Under the pieces are notes generated by a model. That model searched no databases, was not told the origin of the DNA, and saw nothing but the letters and a program-made list of their open reading frames with translations. A DNA stretch of 52,113 bases from a virus. Shown piece after piece: positions 50,331 through 52,113 of this stretch. Position 1 is the first letter of the stretch. Each line of letters starts with the position of its first letter. The position numbers and the translations under genes are program-made. The stretch covers positions 1-52,113 of the IMG/VR virus record IMGVR_UViG_3300014349_000035; one strand, given 5' to 3'.

Positions 50331-50744
50331 ATGAGCCGGGGGGCTGAACATGACGGGCGGGCCTCCATTCCCGCGCCTTCGCGCTACCAACGGAATCCTA
50401 CCGTTATTCGCGTTGTCCTCGAAACGGGTAACAACCCCGAGGCGACGAGTATTCCCCAATCTGGCGACCTACCCCCCGTCGCCAGCGGGGCGGGCCTGCG
50501 TGATGCGGCTCGCCCCAACCCCCTCCCTTGCGGAGCGTCAACCACTGCCCCCGGCCAGTCGAGCGGCCGGGGGGTTCTTTCGCGCGTCTGGCAGGGCGTC
50601 CAATGGCGCAATTGCCTGACTGCCCGCGAATACCTCGCTGCAGGTCTGTCGCTGCGTGACGTGGCCACGATCCTCAGCACGACGCCCGCCGAACTCGACC
50701 TCGCCCTCTGGAACAACCTCGGGAGGCAATATGCCGCGTCCTGA
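50331..50744 (+). CDS. doubtful ORF; only the C-terminal ~45 aa look protein-like (HTH-like)
   Basis: 137-aa ORF with many A/T-ending codons in its first half and a strong terminator-like hairpin inside it. C-terminal LTAREYLAAGLSLRDVATILSTTPAELDLAL. No internal ATG/GTG/TTG upstream of that segment. Confidence 0.3.
   Translation: MSRGAEHDGRASIPAPSRYQRNPTVIRVVLETGNNPEATSIPQSGDLPPVASGAGLRDAARPNPLPCGASTTAPGQSSGRGVLSRVWQGVQWRNCLTAREYLAAGLSLRDVATILSTTPAELDLALWNNLGRQYAAS
50548..50580 (+). terminator. rho-independent terminator-like hairpin
   Basis: CCCCCGGCC-8 nt loop-GGCCGGGGG, followed by GTTCTTT. Confidence 0.5.
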
Positions 50745-51123
50745 CAACACTGATCGTAACACCCGCATTATCGAGCGCCTGAAGGCGGGTCTCTTTGCTG
50801 GCGACGTGGCCCGCGAAATGGGTCTGTCCAAGAATGTGGTTATCGGGGTCGGCAATCGCGCCGGTCTGGCGCGGACTGGTCGTAGCGGCGATGGCGTGCG
50901 CAACGCGATTGCCAAGGGATATTTCAAGCCCGGCCACGGAGTGGTCAGGGGCGAAGCGCATCCGAGAGCCATTCTCTGCGATGCCGCCGTGCGCGACATT
51001 CGGCGTCGCTACACGCCCCGGTGTCCGGTCAACGGCGCCATGGCCATGGCGAGGGAATACGGCGTTCACTTCAACACGGTGATGCAGGTTATCAGCCGTC
51101 GTCTTTGGGGGCACGTCCAGTGA
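50731..51123 (+). CDS. GcrA-like N-terminal DNA-binding domain protein
   Basis: ATG at 50731 after GGGAGG. IIERLKAGLFAGDVAREMGLSKNVVIGVGNRAGLARTGR parallels the GcrA N-domain (LSASQIA..LG.+RNAVIGK.HRLGL). C-terminal VRDIRRRY ... AREYGVHFNTVMQVISRRLWGHV HTH. Confidence 0.55.
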   Translation: MPRPDNTDRNTRIIERLKAGLFAGDVAREMGLSKNVVIGVGNRAGLARTGRSGDGVRNAIAKGYFKPGHGVVRGEAHPRAILCDAAVRDIRRRYTPRCPVNGAMAMAREYGVHFNTVMQVISRRLWGHVQ

Positions 51124-51311
51124 TGTGGCCCTTCAAACGCAAGCCCGACCCGCTGAAGCAAGCGCAGGCCGAATGGCTGGCCGCCCAAGCCGCGCTGAAC
51201 GGCGCCAAGGCCCGTCGCGACACCCGCGATGAACACGCCGCCCAGGTGCGCCTCAACGCCGCCATGACCCGTCTGCTGATCGTTGAGCGCCAGTGCGGGG
51301 GCGCCCGGTGA
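51123..51311 (+). CDS. hypothetical protein
   Basis: 62 aa from the ATG at 51123 (TGATG coupling). Confidence 0.45.
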   Translation: MWPFKRKPDPLKQAQAEWLAAQAALNGAKARRDTRDEHAAQVRLNAAMTRLLIVERQCGGAR

Positions 51312-51490
51312 AGTCCTCCGTCGAAGCTGTGCTGATCCGTGGAACTCGCACGCAGGACGGCAACTGGCTGGCCGTCTGCACTGTGGGTGGTAAGCAGCAC
51401 GCGATCTCCCTGCCAAGCACTTTTGCCTTCCGTGAGGGGCGCCGCATCCGCGTCATCGTCGAGCGCGAAGGCCGGGCGGTGCTGGCATGA
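51308..51490 (+). CDS. hypothetical protein
   Basis: 60 aa from the GTG at 51308 (GTGA coupling). Confidence 0.45.
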   Translation: MKSSVEAVLIRGTRTQDGNWLAVCTVGGKQHAISLPSTFAFREGRRIRVIVEREGRAVLA

Positions 51491-52113
51491 CCCGCGAAGA
51501 GATCATCGGCGACTGCCGCCTGATCCTCGGCGACTGCCGGGACGTTCTCCCGACGCTGGGGCCGGTCGATGCGGTGGTGACTGATCCTCCGTATGGGATC
51601 GCAGAGGCCGCCGGAAAGAACGCCAGCCGGGGCAATGTCGCCGTCGCAAAGGATTACGGCGACGACGAATGGGATAATGAGCCCATCGACCCGGAAACCA
51701 TGCGCCTTGTTCGCGCTGCGGGCCGTTGGCAGATCATCTTCGGCGGTAACTACTATGACTGCCCGCCCGCCTCTTGCTGGCTGGTGTGGGACAAGCTCAA
51801 CGGCGCCAACGACTTCGCCGACTGCGAGCTGGCGTGGACCAATCTCCCGAAGGCTGTTCGCCGTATCCGCTATCTGTGGAACGGAATGTTGCGCGCGAAC
51901 GGCGAGGCACGCGGGGATCACCCGACACAGAAGCCCGTCGGCGTCATGCGCTGGGCTCTACAGCACCTGCCGGCCGACGCGCGGACCATCATCGACCCGT
52001 TTATGGGGTCGGGCACGACCGGCGTAGCGTGCGCGATGCAGGGCCTGTCTTTCATCGGCGTTGAGCGGGAGGCCAAGTATTTCGCCGCAGCCTGCCGCCG
52101 TATCGAAGAAGCC
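51487..52113 (+). CDS. beta-class DNA methyltransferase (N6-adenine or N4-cytosine; CcrM-like motif order), runs off the window end and continues at 25..102
   Basis: ATG at 51487 (ATGA coupling). VVTDPPYG (motif IV) comes before HPTQKPVGVMRWAL and DPFMGSGTTGVACAMQGLSFIGVE (motif I). No stop before 52113. Confidence 0.85.
   Translation, partial: MTREEIIGDCRLILGDCRDVLPTLGPVDAVVTDPPYGIAEAAGKNASRGNVAVAKDYGDDEWDNEPIDPETMRLVRAAGRWQIIFGGNYYDCPPASCWLVWDKLNGANDFADCELAWTNLPKAVRRIRYLWNGMLRANGEARGDHPTQKPVGVMRWALQHLPADARTIIDPFMGSGTTGVACAMQGLSFIGVEREAKYFAAACRRIEEA

Noticed and set aside
50350-50619. Alternative 89-aa ORF in the 50331-50620 region.
   Set aside because: It is Pro/Arg/Ala-rich shadow text ending just past the terminator-like hairpin, with no RBS. 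It is no better supported than the frame it overlaps.

Overview
GC-rich (roughly two-thirds G+C by eye) dsDNA phage genome that looks complete and circularly closed. The last 24 nt (52090-52113) repeat the first 24 nt, leaving about 52,089 bp of unique sequence, and a DNA methyltransferase ORF reads through the junction. Gene content and order fit a temperate, HK97-fold, long-tailed (siphovirus-like) phage. The host is probably an alphaproteobacterium; this is an inference from GcrA-like and CcrM-like genes and the composition. Modules: (1) 1-8.0 kb, + strand, replication and DNA metabolism (HTH protein, HNH, ParB-like nuclease, SF2 helicase, toprim primase). (2) 8.4-19 kb, packaging and head (TerS, TerL, portal, prohead protease, HK97-type capsid, Mu-F-like protein), with an inserted SAM-methyltransferase/MptE-like fusion gene. 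(3) 19-36 kb, tail (adaptors, tube, chaperone pair, 1319-aa tape measure, fibres), with a 2.5-kb accessory island between chaperone and tape measure. (4) 36-39.9 kb, lysis (holin-like proteins, GH19 endolysin, overlapping spanins) plus an HTH-metallophosphoesterase. (5) 40-49 kb, mostly minus strand, integration and early-left operon (integrase, DEDDh exonuclease, excisionase, Lar-like, NinB, Rad52-like annealase, many small ORFs). (6) 49.1-49.8 kb, immunity switch with three TTGCA-N3-TGCAA operators. (7) 49.8-52.1 kb, early-right genes ending in a GcrA-like regulator and a beta-class methyltransferase. The most unusual observation is in the SF2 helicase. It carries a 316-codon intein (Cys1 ... 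HN/Cys+1) inserted before helicase motif VI. The intein's homing-endonuclease-like (HNH-type) module is not in the intein reading frame. It sits as a nested ORF in the +1 frame with its own ATG, and the intein frame stays open across it as low-complexity shadow sequence. No tRNA, rRNA or CRISPR array was seen. All functional calls rest on motif recognition by eye, not on database searches.
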